Origin: Pyrinomonadales bacterium
Lineage (GTDB): Bacteria > Acidobacteriota > Blastocatellia > Pyrinomonadales > Pyrinomonadaceae
DNA: 64,000 bases
NCBI GenBank assembly: GCA_038200505.1
Contig: JBBPXX010000005.1
Location: 11,201-75,200, forward strand
Direction of reading: 5' to 3'
Shown: positions 25,953 through 35,257 of the stretch, in pieces
Position numbering within the stretch: position 1 is the first letter of the stretch
Layout: each line of letters opens with the position of its first letter
Translations under genes and position numbers: made by a program
The notes under the pieces: model-generated
The model's database searches: none
What the model saw: only the letters and a program-made list of their open reading frames with translations
Told to the model about the DNA's origin: nothing

Positions 25953-26612
25953 ATGAAAGCAAAAATCTATTTATTTCGTTTTGCCGTGACATTTACGGCG
26001 TTTGTTTGCGGAGTCGGTTTCTTCGCTGTCGGGCGATATTTTCAAACGGCTTTTTCGGCAAAAGAGCAAAAAGTAGAATTGGCTGCGCCTGCGCCTGTGC
26101 CGATTGTTATTGAACAAGCGGAAATGCCCGTTGTCGAAAAAACCGATGTTGCAGTTGATTCGGAAGAAAACACTGAAAATGAGTTTGATGTTGATGGTTA
26201 TTACAGCATTATTAGCGAAATGCCGAAAGGTTTTAACGATTACAGCGTTACCGGCAAATTGCCGAAAGGCTTTGAGGATTTCGGTGAAATAGGAATTACC
26301 ACATTAAGCTACGAAAATGCTTCGGAAGAAAATGGTTACGAAGGAACACCTGTTCCGCCTGAAGGTTATGTGTGGACGGATAAAGAATACAAATTCGCTA
26401 AAATTAGTGTCAACAATAAATATATGGCATTTGAAACGCAAACGATCAAAGGCATAAGTTATAAATTCAGTGGAAAATTTATCGAAAAAGCTCCTTTTTG
26501 GAAACTCGATGAACAAAAGCCAGTGCTTGAAGGTCATTTTATCAAATTGAGTAAAGGAAAAAAGATTGCCGAAACCAATGTTCGTTTCATTTGGTATGAA
26601 GGCGGATGTTGA
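25953..26612 (+). CDS. membrane-anchored hypothetical protein, 219 aa
   Basis: ATG at 25953 follows AGGAGA. N-terminal TM helix. Confidence 0.5.
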   Translation: MKAKIYLFRFAVTFTAFVCGVGFFAVGRYFQTAFSAKEQKVELAAPAPVPIVIEQAEMPVVEKTDVAVDSEENTENEFDVDGYYSIISEMPKGFNDYSVTGKLPKGFEDFGEIGITTLSYENASEENGYEGTPVPPEGYVWTDKEYKFAKISVNNKYMAFETQTIKGISYKFSGKFIEKAPFWKLDEQKPVLEGHFIKLSKGKKIAETNVRFIWYEGGC

Positions 26613-26643
26613 TTCAACGACTGAATTAGTAATTTGAGCATTT

Positions 26644-26711
26644 ATTTAGCGAACTTTGCGTCTTTGCGAGAAATATAACTTTCTCCCGCAAAGGCGCAAA
26701 GTTCGCTAAAT
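26644..26711. repeat. ~30-bp-stem hairpin (CTTTGCG words) between convergent genes
   Basis: ATTTAGCGAACTTTGCGTCTTTGCGAGAAA faces TTTCTCCCGCAAAGGCGCAAAGTTCGCTAAAT. Confidence 0.75.
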
Positions 26712-26718
26712 ATTAAAG

Positions 26719-27567
26719 CTAAAAATAAAACCGCGCAAAATAATAAAGAATCGGCGCATTAAACAGCAAACTGTCTAATCTGTCTAAAAGTCCACCGTGT
26801 CCGGGCAGAATATTTGCCGCATCTTTTGCGCCCGCGCCGCGTTTTATCGCACTTTCCGCCAAATCGCCGCCGACTCCGACAACGCTCATCACAATTGCCA
26901 GCGGAATCGAAATTTGAAAAGGCAGTTCACGGAAAAATAAAAACGTCGCAAGTGCGGCGAAAATTACGCTCAATAAAATTCCGCCGACAAATCCTTCCCA
27001 AGTTTTATTCGGCGAGATGTTAGGCGCGAGTTTGTGTTTGCCGAGATTTTTGCCGATATAATATGCACCGACATCCGAACCCATCACGACTAAAAAGAAA
27101 AATCCGAGAAGTTTGCTCGAAAGTCCGGGATAGTTTTCAAATCCGACGCGCATCGAAACGAGAAAACCGCCGAGAAACACGACATAAAAAACGCCCGTTA
27201 TCGTTACGCCGATGCCGGTCAGCATTTTGGAAAAATCTTTTTGAAATCGAAAAGTCTGTGTAATGAAAACACCGACCAAAAAAAATGCAATTGTTAAAAG
27301 CAGTAAATCCGGTGCTTTTGAAGGTGCATCGAAAAGAAAAGCGACAAAAAACGCCGCCGCGCCGAGATATGCGATTGAAGCGTCGGCTTTGAGTTCCAGC
27401 TTTTTCGTCAGCGTATAAAACTCAAAAAGTCCGGCGACGAGCGCGGCGGCGGCGATTATCACAAAAAGCCAATTCGCCTGTGAATATTGCGGCAGAAAAG
27501 AGGGCAAAACGATTGATAAAATTAAAACGGGAAGCGCGAAAAGCGCGGTTACTAAACGACTGTTCAT
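26719..27567 (-). CDS. cdsA: phosphatidate cytidylyltransferase
   Basis: Polytopic membrane protein with the C-terminal signature KRGAGAKDAANILPGHGGLLDRLDS. Confidence 0.9.
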   Translation of the reverse strand: MNSRLVTALFALPVLILSIVLPSFLPQYSQANWLFVIIAAAALVAGLFEFYTLTKKLELKADASIAYLGAAAFFVAFLFDAPSKAPDLLLLTIAFFLVGVFITQTFRFQKDFSKMLTGIGVTITGVFYVVFLGGFLVSMRVGFENYPGLSSKLLGFFFLVVMGSDVGAYYIGKNLGKHKLAPNISPNKTWEGFVGGILLSVIFAALATFLFFRELPFQISIPLAIVMSVVGVGGDLAESAIKRGAGAKDAANILPGHGGLLDRLDSLLFNAPILYYFARFYF

Positions 27568-27602
27568 AAAAGCAATTAAACCGACAAATTTTAAGAGAAA
27601 GA

Positions 27603-28382
27603 TTACTTATTTTCGATTCCGCCAAAACGTCTTTCGCGTTTTTGAAAATCAATTATCGCTTTGAAAATTTCTTCGCGGCGAAAATCGGGAAAAAACGTCG
27701 GCGTTACATAAATCTCGCTGTAAGCCAGTTGCCACAAAAGGAAATTGGAAATACGAAATTCGCCGCTCGTGCGAATTAAAAGATCAACTTCGGGCAAATC
27801 GCGCGTGTAAAGATGGCATTCGATGTCTTCTTCGCGCAAATCTTCAATCGAATTGCCGTTTTCAATCAAACATTTGGCAGCTTTTTTCGCCGCTTCCGTA
27901 ATTTCAGCGCGTCCGCCGTAATTCAGCGCGACGCTCAAAACCGTTCCCGTGTTATTTTTCGTATGTTCCGACGACACAGCAATTTGCTTTTGCAAATCTT
28001 CCGACAAGCCTTTTATGTTCCCGATTGCCTGAAATTTGATGTTATTTTTATGAACATTTTTCAGCTCGTTTTTCAAAAAAAGTTTGAGCATTTTCATCAA
28101 ACCGGAAACTTCGTCTTCGGGACGCTTCCAGTTTTCAGTCGAAAAAGCGTAGAGCGTAACGGCTTTTATATGCAATCTCGCGCAAGTGTCCAAAATTGCG
28201 CGAACCGATTCCGCGCCCGCACGATGCCCGAAAATTCGCGGCTTGCCGCGCTGTTTTGCCCAACGCCCGTTGCCGTCCATAATTATCGCAATATGCTGCG
28301 GCAAACGCGCAAAATCAATCGCACCGAGCAATGCGGCTTCAGCGGATTTTGGTTTGATTACTTTGGCAAAATTTTCGTGCAT
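27603..28382 (-). CDS. uppS: isoprenyl transferase (undecaprenyl diphosphate synthase)
   Basis: HIAIIMDGNGRWA and RTSGEFRISNFLLWQLAYSE motifs. An alternative GTG start is at 28409. Confidence 0.9.
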   Translation of the reverse strand: MHENFAKVIKPKSAEAALLGAIDFARLPQHIAIIMDGNGRWAKQRGKPRIFGHRAGAESVRAILDTCARLHIKAVTLYAFSTENWKRPEDEVSGLMKMLKLFLKNELKNVHKNNIKFQAIGNIKGLSEDLQKQIAVSSEHTKNNTGTVLSVALNYGGRAEITEAAKKAAKCLIENGNSIEDLREEDIECHLYTRDLPEVDLLIRTSGEFRISNFLLWQLAYSEIYVTPTFFPDFRREEIFKAIIDFQKRERRFGGIENK

Positions 28383-28465
28383 CGAACGGTTATTTAACCA
28401 CAAATGCACACGGATTTACACAGACAAATCAAATAATATCTGCGTTTATCCGCATCAATCTGCGG

Positions 28466-28765
28466 TTAAATTCTCTTTTCCCCGATATTTACAATTGACG
28501 ATTTGTTAATTTTTCCGTAAATGTGCGGATAAATTTCGTTGTTGGTCGAAGCCTCATTGACTAATTCTGAGGTCAATTTTTCCGTGTCCAGCGTCAAAAT
28601 CAAAACCTTTCCCGCATTTTTATAATATCTCTGCAAAACGCCGTCAAGTTGGTTGGCAAAACTGCAATGAATAAAGCCCTCGGTTTTTAAACTTTCAGCT
28701 TTGTAAAAATCCTGATTTTTGAATTTTTCCCAAGTTTCGGGCAATACGATGTGATAAATTTTCAT
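28466..28765 (-). CDS. DUF952 domain protein
   Basis: The W..F......Y..ESL..EGFIHCS ... YPHIYG pattern. Confidence 0.78.
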   Translation of the reverse strand: MKIYHIVLPETWEKFKNQDFYKAESLKTEGFIHCSFANQLDGVLQRYYKNAGKVLILTLDTEKLTSELVNEASTNNEIYPHIYGKINKSSIVNIGEKRI

Positions 28766-29379
28766 TCTGAATCTTCGACTGCTTTCTGCAATTCCAAATA
28801 CTTTTCGCAGACAAACGGATTTAATTTTTCGGCAAAATCAGCGTCTAAATTTTTAACTTTTATGAGTTCCTGCACATCAGCTAAATCCTTTAAGCGATGC
28901 GGCGCGGTCATTCCCGACGCTAATTTTAATTCGATCAGTTTTTCCAAAGTCAAAGTTTTAACGCCGTCAATTTCCACTTGATTTTCGTTCGGATTTGGAA
29001 AAACAACCGGCTTTGGTTTACCATCGCCGGGAAATTCGCCTGCTGTTATCACTTCGATTGTTACATTTTCATTAGTTGTTCTGAATTTTTTAGTCGCGCC
29101 TTCGAACGCCGGACGATAACCTAATCCGACGAGTTCATTTTGAAACTTTTCCAAGCCAGACTTTGTTAGTAACAAATCAATATCTTCGGTAAAACGGCGA
29201 TAACCATATTGATTCAAAGCAATTGCACCAATGACGCTATAATCAATTCCGCAATTTTCCAAATCTTTTGTGACGCGGCGCAATGTTTCGTTGAGCGTTC
29301 CTTGTCCCATAAAAAACCTCAATCCTTCATCGTAAGCCGAAACGGGCGATGAAATCCTTTTTTGAAAATCAGTTCTCAT
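28762..29379 (-). CDS. nucleotidyltransferase-fold protein, 205 aa
   Basis: Pol-beta NTase-like G.IALNQYGYRRFTEDIDLLL. The start ATG overlaps the truA stop (ATGA). The longer tracked ORF overlaps truA and is rejected. Confidence 0.55.
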   Translation of the reverse strand: MRTDFQKRISSPVSAYDEGLRFFMGQGTLNETLRRVTKDLENCGIDYSVIGAIALNQYGYRRFTEDIDLLLTKSGLEKFQNELVGLGYRPAFEGATKKFRTTNENVTIEVITAGEFPGDGKPKPVVFPNPNENQVEIDGVKTLTLEKLIELKLASGMTAPHRLKDLADVQELIKVKNLDADFAEKLNPFVCEKYLELQKAVEDSE

Positions 29380-30128
29380 TCGTAATAAACCTTTAGCAAA
29401 GTCAAACCATTGGCGGGCGCGGTTGTTCCGGCTAAACTTCTGTCGCCGCCGACGATTGCCGTTTGAATTGTATCGGAATCTTTTTCGCCGCGCCCGACTT
29501 CGAGAATTGTGCCGATGATCGAACGCACCATATAACGCAGAAATCCGTCGGCGGAAATTCGAAATTCGATGACTGCAGCGTTGGCGCGTGAATCCCAAAA
29601 CGATTCGACGGTAAAATCGGTAATCGTTCTAATGCGATGTTCAACGTCGGAACGCGCGGCGGAAAACGCCGTCCAATCGTGTTTGCCTAAAAACAGGCGT
29701 GTCGCTTCATTCATCCGTCCGACATCGAGCGGACGCGCTTCGTGATGCGCGTAACGCAGCCAAAACGGCGACATTACGGGCGCGTTGACGACGCGATAAA
29801 CATAGCTTTTACCTTTGGCGGAAAAACGCGCGTGAAAATCGTCATCTACTTTTTCGACATTTAAAATCCGCACATCGCGCCATGTATTTCCGTTGATTGC
29901 CAACCGCAATTTGTCGGGCGAGAACTCTCTTTTCAAGCGAACGCTGGCAACCTGACCTTCGGCGTGAACGCCCGCGTCCGTGCGCCCCGAACCGGCAACG
30001 TGAACTTCCGCGTCTTCAATCAAACTTAAAGTTCTTTCGAGTTCGCCCTGCACCGTGCGGTGATTTTCCTGCACCTGCCAGCCGTGAAAATCCGTACCGT
30101 CGTATTGAATCAGTAACTTAAAGTTCAT
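29376..30128 (-). CDS. truA: tRNA pseudouridine(38-40) synthase
   Basis: GSGRTDAGVHA catalytic motif. Length is 250 aa. Confidence 0.92.
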   Translation of the reverse strand: MNFKLLIQYDGTDFHGWQVQENHRTVQGELERTLSLIEDAEVHVAGSGRTDAGVHAEGQVASVRLKREFSPDKLRLAINGNTWRDVRILNVEKVDDDFHARFSAKGKSYVYRVVNAPVMSPFWLRYAHHEARPLDVGRMNEATRLFLGKHDWTAFSAARSDVEHRIRTITDFTVESFWDSRANAAVIEFRISADGFLRYMVRSIIGTILEVGRGEKDSDTIQTAIVGGDRSLAGTTAPANGLTLLKVYYE

Positions 30129-30700
30129 TTTTTAGTTCTACTTCCGGGTTTAACGGCTTCATCGCCATTCGCGCACATTGGACAATTTTCAGTCTTGTGA
30201 GTCGAAATATCCAAACTTGCCAGCGCGATTCGCGGAACGCCGACATCAGCCGCGCCGTTTGAACGGTCAATTATTGAAGCCGCACCGCCGACTTTTGCGC
30301 CGTTTTTCTCCAACGCTTCGATACATTCGCGGGTCGAACCGCCGGTTGTGATAACGTCCTCGACGACTAAAATCTTTTCGTTTTCCTTGACCGAAAAACC
30401 GCGCCGCAAAGTCATCACGCCGTTTTCGCGTTCCGTCCAAATAAAGCGCACGTTTAACGCTTTGGCGACTTCGTAACCGATTATCAAACCGCCGATTGCC
30501 GGCGACGCAACGGTTTCGATTTCCGCATCGGTAAAATGTTCGGCTATCGCTCTGCCGAATTTCGCCGCATCTATGGGAAATTGCAGCGCACGCGCACATT
30601 GCAGATATTTCGGGCTGTGCAAACCGCTCGATAAAATAAAATGTCCTTCCAAAAGCGCGTCGGTTTCTTTAAAATATTCTAAGATTTGGTCTGAATTCAT
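30125..30700 (-). CDS. pyrE: orotate phosphoribosyltransferase
   Basis: PRPP-binding motif VVEDVITTGGS. Length is 191 aa. Confidence 0.92.
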   Translation of the reverse strand: MNSDQILEYFKETDALLEGHFILSSGLHSPKYLQCARALQFPIDAAKFGRAIAEHFTDAEIETVASPAIGGLIIGYEVAKALNVRFIWTERENGVMTLRRGFSVKENEKILVVEDVITTGGSTRECIEALEKNGAKVGGAASIIDRSNGAADVGVPRIALASLDISTHKTENCPMCANGDEAVKPGSRTKK

Positions 30701-30809
30701 AACTTTGAATATATTACAGAGTTAATCGAATTTACGGAAATCAGCAGCGAAGGCGCAAAATTTATAAGAATCTTGCGCCTTTTTTCTTACACATTCGATC
30801 AAAAGTTTC

Positions 30810-31568
30810 TCAGTTGACTTTTCTTTCCAGCTTTTCTTTAAGCGAATCAAGCCTTTTTTGAGCTTCGACGGCTTCGGCAGAGACGGGAAATTTTTGAATG
30901 ATTTCGCGCCACGCCGCGCCGTCGTAATGCAGCAGTTTCGCGCTTGAATTGAAGGTGAAGTTGATGCCGATTTTTCGGTAACGGTCAAGCGAAACATAAT
31001 TTAAATAAAAACTGTGAAGCGGTGCGCCGGAAGCCGACATTTCGCGTCGGTCGAGTTTTTTAGTCGCGTCGGATGAGATTTTTAAAGCGACATCTTCCGC
31101 CAAATCGCCGAGAAGCAGCAAAATCGGTGGGCGAAGTGGTGAAGAATCGAAGGTTTCCAGAAAAACTTGAGCGCGTTCTATTTTTTCAAAGCCGTCCGAG
31201 GACTGGACGAGTTTTGCCAGTCGTTCATCGTCGCCGCGCCGGAATTTGCCGAAAACGGCATCCGACTGCACCCAGCCGAAATTATTCGGCGGAACTGTAA
31301 CTTTATAAAATGTTACGCCGTCAGATTCTTTTGAAGCGGAAATTAAGACGATTCTGCCGAGCCGCATTCGCTGAATTGAATTAGCAAAAAGGCTCGGTTC
31401 GACGCGCAGAACAGCCAATCTTTCGTCAACAACAACCGCCGTGTTAGTTTTTTCGGCGGATTTTCGTGTAACAGACGATTTTTTCGGTGGACGGCGTTTT
31501 TGCGCTTCCAGATTTGGCGTGAAAATGAGAAAAGTGATCAGAAAGACGAGAGAGATTGAGCGTTTCAT
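30810..31568 (-). CDS. secreted hypothetical protein, 252 aa
   Basis: Signal peptide (LVFLITFLIFTPNLEAQ). No motif recognised. Confidence 0.55.
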   Translation of the reverse strand: MKRSISLVFLITFLIFTPNLEAQKRRPPKKSSVTRKSAEKTNTAVVVDERLAVLRVEPSLFANSIQRMRLGRIVLISASKESDGVTFYKVTVPPNNFGWVQSDAVFGKFRRGDDERLAKLVQSSDGFEKIERAQVFLETFDSSPLRPPILLLLGDLAEDVALKISSDATKKLDRREMSASGAPLHSFYLNYVSLDRYRKIGINFTFNSSAKLLHYDGAAWREIIQKFPVSAEAVEAQKRLDSLKEKLERKVN

Positions 31569-31624
31569 AAGCTCCTCCTTTTTATTTAGAGATTCTAAAG
31601 TTATGCCGGAAAATCTTAAAAAAA

Positions 31625-32131
31625 TTAACCTTTAAGATTTGCGTTCAAAATTTTATTCCGTACTCCAGCGTGGTGAAAATGGCAAATGGCGATTGCCAGC
31701 GCGTCCGCCGCGTCGTGCGGCTGCGGTGCGGTTTTCATTTTCAAAAGCAGACGCACCATTTCCTGAACTTGATGTTTTTCGGCGTTACCGTAACCGACAA
31801 CCGTTTGTTTAATCAATCGCGGACTGAATTCGGAAATATCCAAATTCGATTTTTCGCCCAAAAGAAGCACGACACCGCGAACTTGTCCGAGTTTGAGCGC
31901 GACCTTGACGTTAGTTGCATAAAACGCTTCTTCAACCGACATCGTATCGGGTTGAAATTTTGCGATAACGGCTTCAACACCGTCGTAAATTTTCAAAAGC
32001 CGTTTTGAAAAAGTTTCCTTCGAACTCGATTTGACCGTGCCGAAATCAACGAGCGAATATTTCAAACCGCTTCCTTCGACGACACCCCAACCGAGCGTTT
32101 CGCTTCCCGGGTCAATTCCTAAAACTCGCAT
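31625..32131 (-). CDS. ruvC: crossover junction endodeoxyribonuclease
   Basis: MRVLGIDPGS start and a C-terminal DAADALAIAICH motif. The tracked ORF has a 21-codon 5' extension. Confidence 0.9.
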   Translation of the reverse strand: MRVLGIDPGSETLGWGVVEGSGLKYSLVDFGTVKSSSKETFSKRLLKIYDGVEAVIAKFQPDTMSVEEAFYATNVKVALKLGQVRGVVLLLGEKSNLDISEFSPRLIKQTVVGYGNAEKHQVQEMVRLLLKMKTAPQPHDAADALAIAICHFHHAGVRNKILNANLKG

Positions 32132-32260
32132 TAAATAAATATGTTCTGTAAAATTTAGATTCTCAAGATAACTTAAATCTTTGACAAAAAGCAAGAAATT
32201 TTTTTCAAAAAGTATTAAAATGAATTCAGACTTTACACAGATTCAGCAGTTTAACGTAAA

Positions 32261-33178
32261 ATGAAATCTCGAATGGCAAACTCAACCCCGACAGACTCGA
32301 TCCGCGCTTTGCTGACCGAAATAGTTGATTATGCGGGACTTTTTCCGCCTTCCGCACTTTCGATGCCGGAAGCAGTCGGCAATTATGCGGCGTATAAAAA
32401 CAGCATTTATAATTGGATGTTAGGGCGATTTGTCGTGCCGGTCAGCCGTTTGGATGAATTTCTGGAAAGTGCAAAACAATTTTTCCCGCCTGATAAAGAT
32501 AATCGTTGGCGTTTGAGTGTTTTGGCAAGTGAAGATATTGACGAAACACTTCGTAAAATCGAAGATTTCAACGGCGAAAATGTTGCCTTTTTAGTCTGCG
32601 ACGCGCTTGAAGTCAAAGCCGAAACTTCTTCGCGGATTGAAACGATTGCTAACGTCGTTTCGCCGGATTTGACGGCTTATTTTGAAATTCCGATTGGCAG
32701 AGATTTAGGCGATTTGGTTTCGACGCTGGCGATTTGTAAACAACGCGCCAAGATTCGGACGGGCGGCGTAACGGTTGACGCTTTTCCGAAAAATGAAGCA
32801 ATCGTGCGCTTTATGCGAACTTGTCTGGCGGCGAATGTGCCGTTCAAAGCGACTGCCGGACTTCATCATCCGTTGCGCTGTTTTAATCCTTTGACATATC
32901 AAACCGACGCGCCCGAAGGTGCAATGAACGGTTTTTTAAATGTCTTTTTGGCAATCGGGTTGCTTCAGCAAGGTTATAATTCAAATGTAATAATCGAATT
33001 GCTGAATGACGAAAATGCAGCTAATTTTATATTTAACGGCGGCGGCGTTTTATGGCGGCAGGAGCATTTCATCAGCACCGCGCAGATTCGCCGTTTGCGC
33101 GAAAAAAATATAATTTCCTTCGGTTCTTGTTCCTTTAACGAACCGATTACGGATTTACAGGAGATTGAACTTCTATAA
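32261..33178 (+). CDS. conserved-looking hypothetical protein, 305 aa
   Basis: Long, well-behaved ORF directly upstream of fahA. No family recognised. Confidence 0.6.
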   Translation: MKSRMANSTPTDSIRALLTEIVDYAGLFPPSALSMPEAVGNYAAYKNSIYNWMLGRFVVPVSRLDEFLESAKQFFPPDKDNRWRLSVLASEDIDETLRKIEDFNGENVAFLVCDALEVKAETSSRIETIANVVSPDLTAYFEIPIGRDLGDLVSTLAICKQRAKIRTGGVTVDAFPKNEAIVRFMRTCLAANVPFKATAGLHHPLRCFNPLTYQTDAPEGAMNGFLNVFLAIGLLQQGYNSNVIIELLNDENAANFIFNGGGVLWRQEHFISTAQIRRLREKNIISFGSCSFNEPITDLQEIELL

Positions 33179-33276
33179 CATTTATCATTCAACATTTATC
33201 ATTTATCAAAATGGCGAATGTTGAGCGGTAAATAATAATGTTAATTGATAAATGGTAAATAATAAATGATAAATGT
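33178..33276. repeat. word-repeat inverted repeat (ATTTATC words) overlapping the fahA start codon
   Basis: ACATTTATCATTCAACATTTATCATTTATCAA faces TTGATAAATGGTAAATAATAAATGATAAATGT. Confidence 0.6.
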
Positions 33277-34591
33277 AAATGAAACACACGACCCGAACTT
33301 AAAAAGCTGGATCGAATCAGCCAACGCGCCCGACACGGATTTTCCGATTCAAAATCTGCCGTTCTGCGTTTTCACGCGCGGCGGAACTTACGAAAATGTC
33401 CGCATCGGCGTTGCCATCGGCGATTTTGTTCTCGATGTTTATTCCTGTTACGAATGCTGTCTGTTTGACGACGAATCTTTTACCATTGCGGTTGCGGCGG
33501 AAAATTATTGTCTTGACCATTCGGTGATGCGAAAAAACAACGATCTGCAAAAGGCATTTCGCAAACGTCTGGTTGAAGTTTTATCCAAAGACGCGGACGA
33601 AGAAACACAAAAAAATGTCAAACGAAACTTGATTCCGATTGACGAAGCCGAATTTTTTGTTCCGGCACACGTCGGCGATTACACCGATTTTTACTGCTCG
33701 ATTTATCACGCGATGAACGTCGGCAAACTGTTTCGCCCGGACAATCCGCTGCTGCCAAATTACAAATGGATTCCAATCGGCTATCACGGACGCGCTTCTT
33801 CGATTGTTATTTCCGGTGAAGAAATCGTGCGCCCGAAAGGTCAGAATCATTCAAATGAAGATGCGCCGCCGGTTTATATTCCGTCAAAGGCTTTGGACTA
33901 CGAAATGGAAGTCGGCTTTTTCGTCGGCAAAGGCAACGAACTCGGCGAAACGATTGATATAAAAGACGCGGAAGAACATATTTTCGGGTTGTGTCTGGTC
34001 AACGATTGGTCGGCGCGTGATATTCAAGGTTGGGAATATCAGCCGCTCGGACCGTTTCTCGGCAAGAGTTTTGCGACGACAATTTCGCCGTTCGTCGTAA
34101 CGATGGAAGCACTCGCGCCGTTCAGAGTTCCGGCGTTTGAACGCGATGCAGGCGATCCGCAGCCGCTCGATTATCTGGCGAGCGAAGAAAATAAAAAACA
34201 AGGTGGACTCGACATCAAACTCGAAGTTTATATTCAAACCGAAAAAATGCGCTCGGAAAATATCGAACCGTTTTTGCTCTCGCGTTCAAATCTCAAGGAT
34301 TTATACTGGACAATCGGGCAAATGCTGACGCATCACGCTTCAAACGGCTGCAACCTGCAAACCGGCGATCTGATGGCAACGGGAACGGTTTCAGGCAAAG
34401 AAGATTCCGAACGCGGTTGTTTGCTCGAAATGACAAAACGCGGCGCAGAACCCGTCGAATTGCCGTCGGGCGAAACTCGAAAATTCTTGGAAGACGGCGA
34501 CGAAATTATTATGAAAGGCTTTTGCGAACGCGAAGGTTTCAGAAGAATCGGTTTCGGCGAATGTCGCGGAGTCATTTTGCCTAGCAAATAA
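33266..34591 (+). CDS. fahA: fumarylacetoacetase
   Basis: N-terminal FPIQNLPFCVF and a C-terminal FAH-fold region. Length is 441 aa. Confidence 0.9.
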   Translation: MINVNETHDPNLKSWIESANAPDTDFPIQNLPFCVFTRGGTYENVRIGVAIGDFVLDVYSCYECCLFDDESFTIAVAAENYCLDHSVMRKNNDLQKAFRKRLVEVLSKDADEETQKNVKRNLIPIDEAEFFVPAHVGDYTDFYCSIYHAMNVGKLFRPDNPLLPNYKWIPIGYHGRASSIVISGEEIVRPKGQNHSNEDAPPVYIPSKALDYEMEVGFFVGKGNELGETIDIKDAEEHIFGLCLVNDWSARDIQGWEYQPLGPFLGKSFATTISPFVVTMEALAPFRVPAFERDAGDPQPLDYLASEENKKQGGLDIKLEVYIQTEKMRSENIEPFLLSRSNLKDLYWTIGQMLTHHASNGCNLQTGDLMATGTVSGKEDSERGCLLEMTKRGAEPVELPSGETRKFLEDGDEIIMKGFCEREGFRRIGFGECRGVILPSK

Positions 34592-34601
34592 AATTAATAA
34601 C

Positions 34602-34648
34602 AAAAAAAGAAAGCGGCTCAATCAAATAGAGAGAGCCGCTTTCTTTTT
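34602..34648. terminator. bidirectional terminator between fahA and msrA
   Basis: Perfect 11-bp stem GAAAGCGGCTC/GAGCCGCTTTC flanked by A7 and T5. Confidence 0.75.
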
Positions 34649-34663
34649 CTATAAAGTCTGTTT

Positions 34664-35209
34664 TTACTTTTTGAGTCTGTCAACAAATTTCTTTCTGAAT
34701 TTTGCCACTTTCGGCGCGACGACCGCCGCGCAATATGGTTGATTCGGGTTGTTGGCGAAATATTCCTGATGATAATTTTCAGCGATGTAAAATTTATCGA
34801 GCGGCGCGACTTGCGTAACAATCGGGTTGTCATAAATGCCTTCTTCCGTAACTTCCTCGATAACTTCTTCGGCAATTTGTTTTTGTTCGTCGGAATGATA
34901 AAAAATCGCCGAACGATACGATGTGCCGACATCATTTCCCTGACGATTTAGTGTCGTCGGATCGTGAACCGAGAAAAATATCTGCAAAATTTCTTTGAAA
35001 GAAATCTCGTCCGGGTTAAATTTAACCTGAATAGCTTCCGCGTGTCCGGTGGTTTCCGAGCAAACCTGCTGATAAGTCGGATTTTCCGTGTGTCCGCCGG
35101 AATAGCCCGAAAATACATCTTCAACGCCTTTTAAATCGTCATAAATCGGCTCGACACACCAAAAACATCCACCTGCCAAAGTTGCTGTTTCCAAATTTTG
35201 ATTTTCCAT
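34664..35209 (-). CDS. msrA: peptide-methionine (S)-S-oxide reductase
   Basis: GGCFWCVE active site. Length is 181 aa. Confidence 0.92.
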   Translation of the reverse strand: MENQNLETATLAGGCFWCVEPIYDDLKGVEDVFSGYSGGHTENPTYQQVCSETTGHAEAIQVKFNPDEISFKEILQIFFSVHDPTTLNRQGNDVGTSYRSAIFYHSDEQKQIAEEVIEEVTEEGIYDNPIVTQVAPLDKFYIAENYHQEYFANNPNQPYCAAVVAPKVAKFRKKFVDRLKK

Positions 35210-35257
35210 AATTATATTTTACCAAGTTTGTTTTCCTTTTTACTTTTTATTTTTTAC

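Noticed and set aside
30750-30785. Hairpin AAGGCGCAA...TTGCGCCTT followed by T6 between pyrE and the 252-aa gene
   Set aside because: The T run is on the plus strand, but both flanking genes are on the minus strand and no plus-strand gene ends here. I cannot assign a function. It may be a weak terminator acting without a U-tract, or an unrelated repeat.
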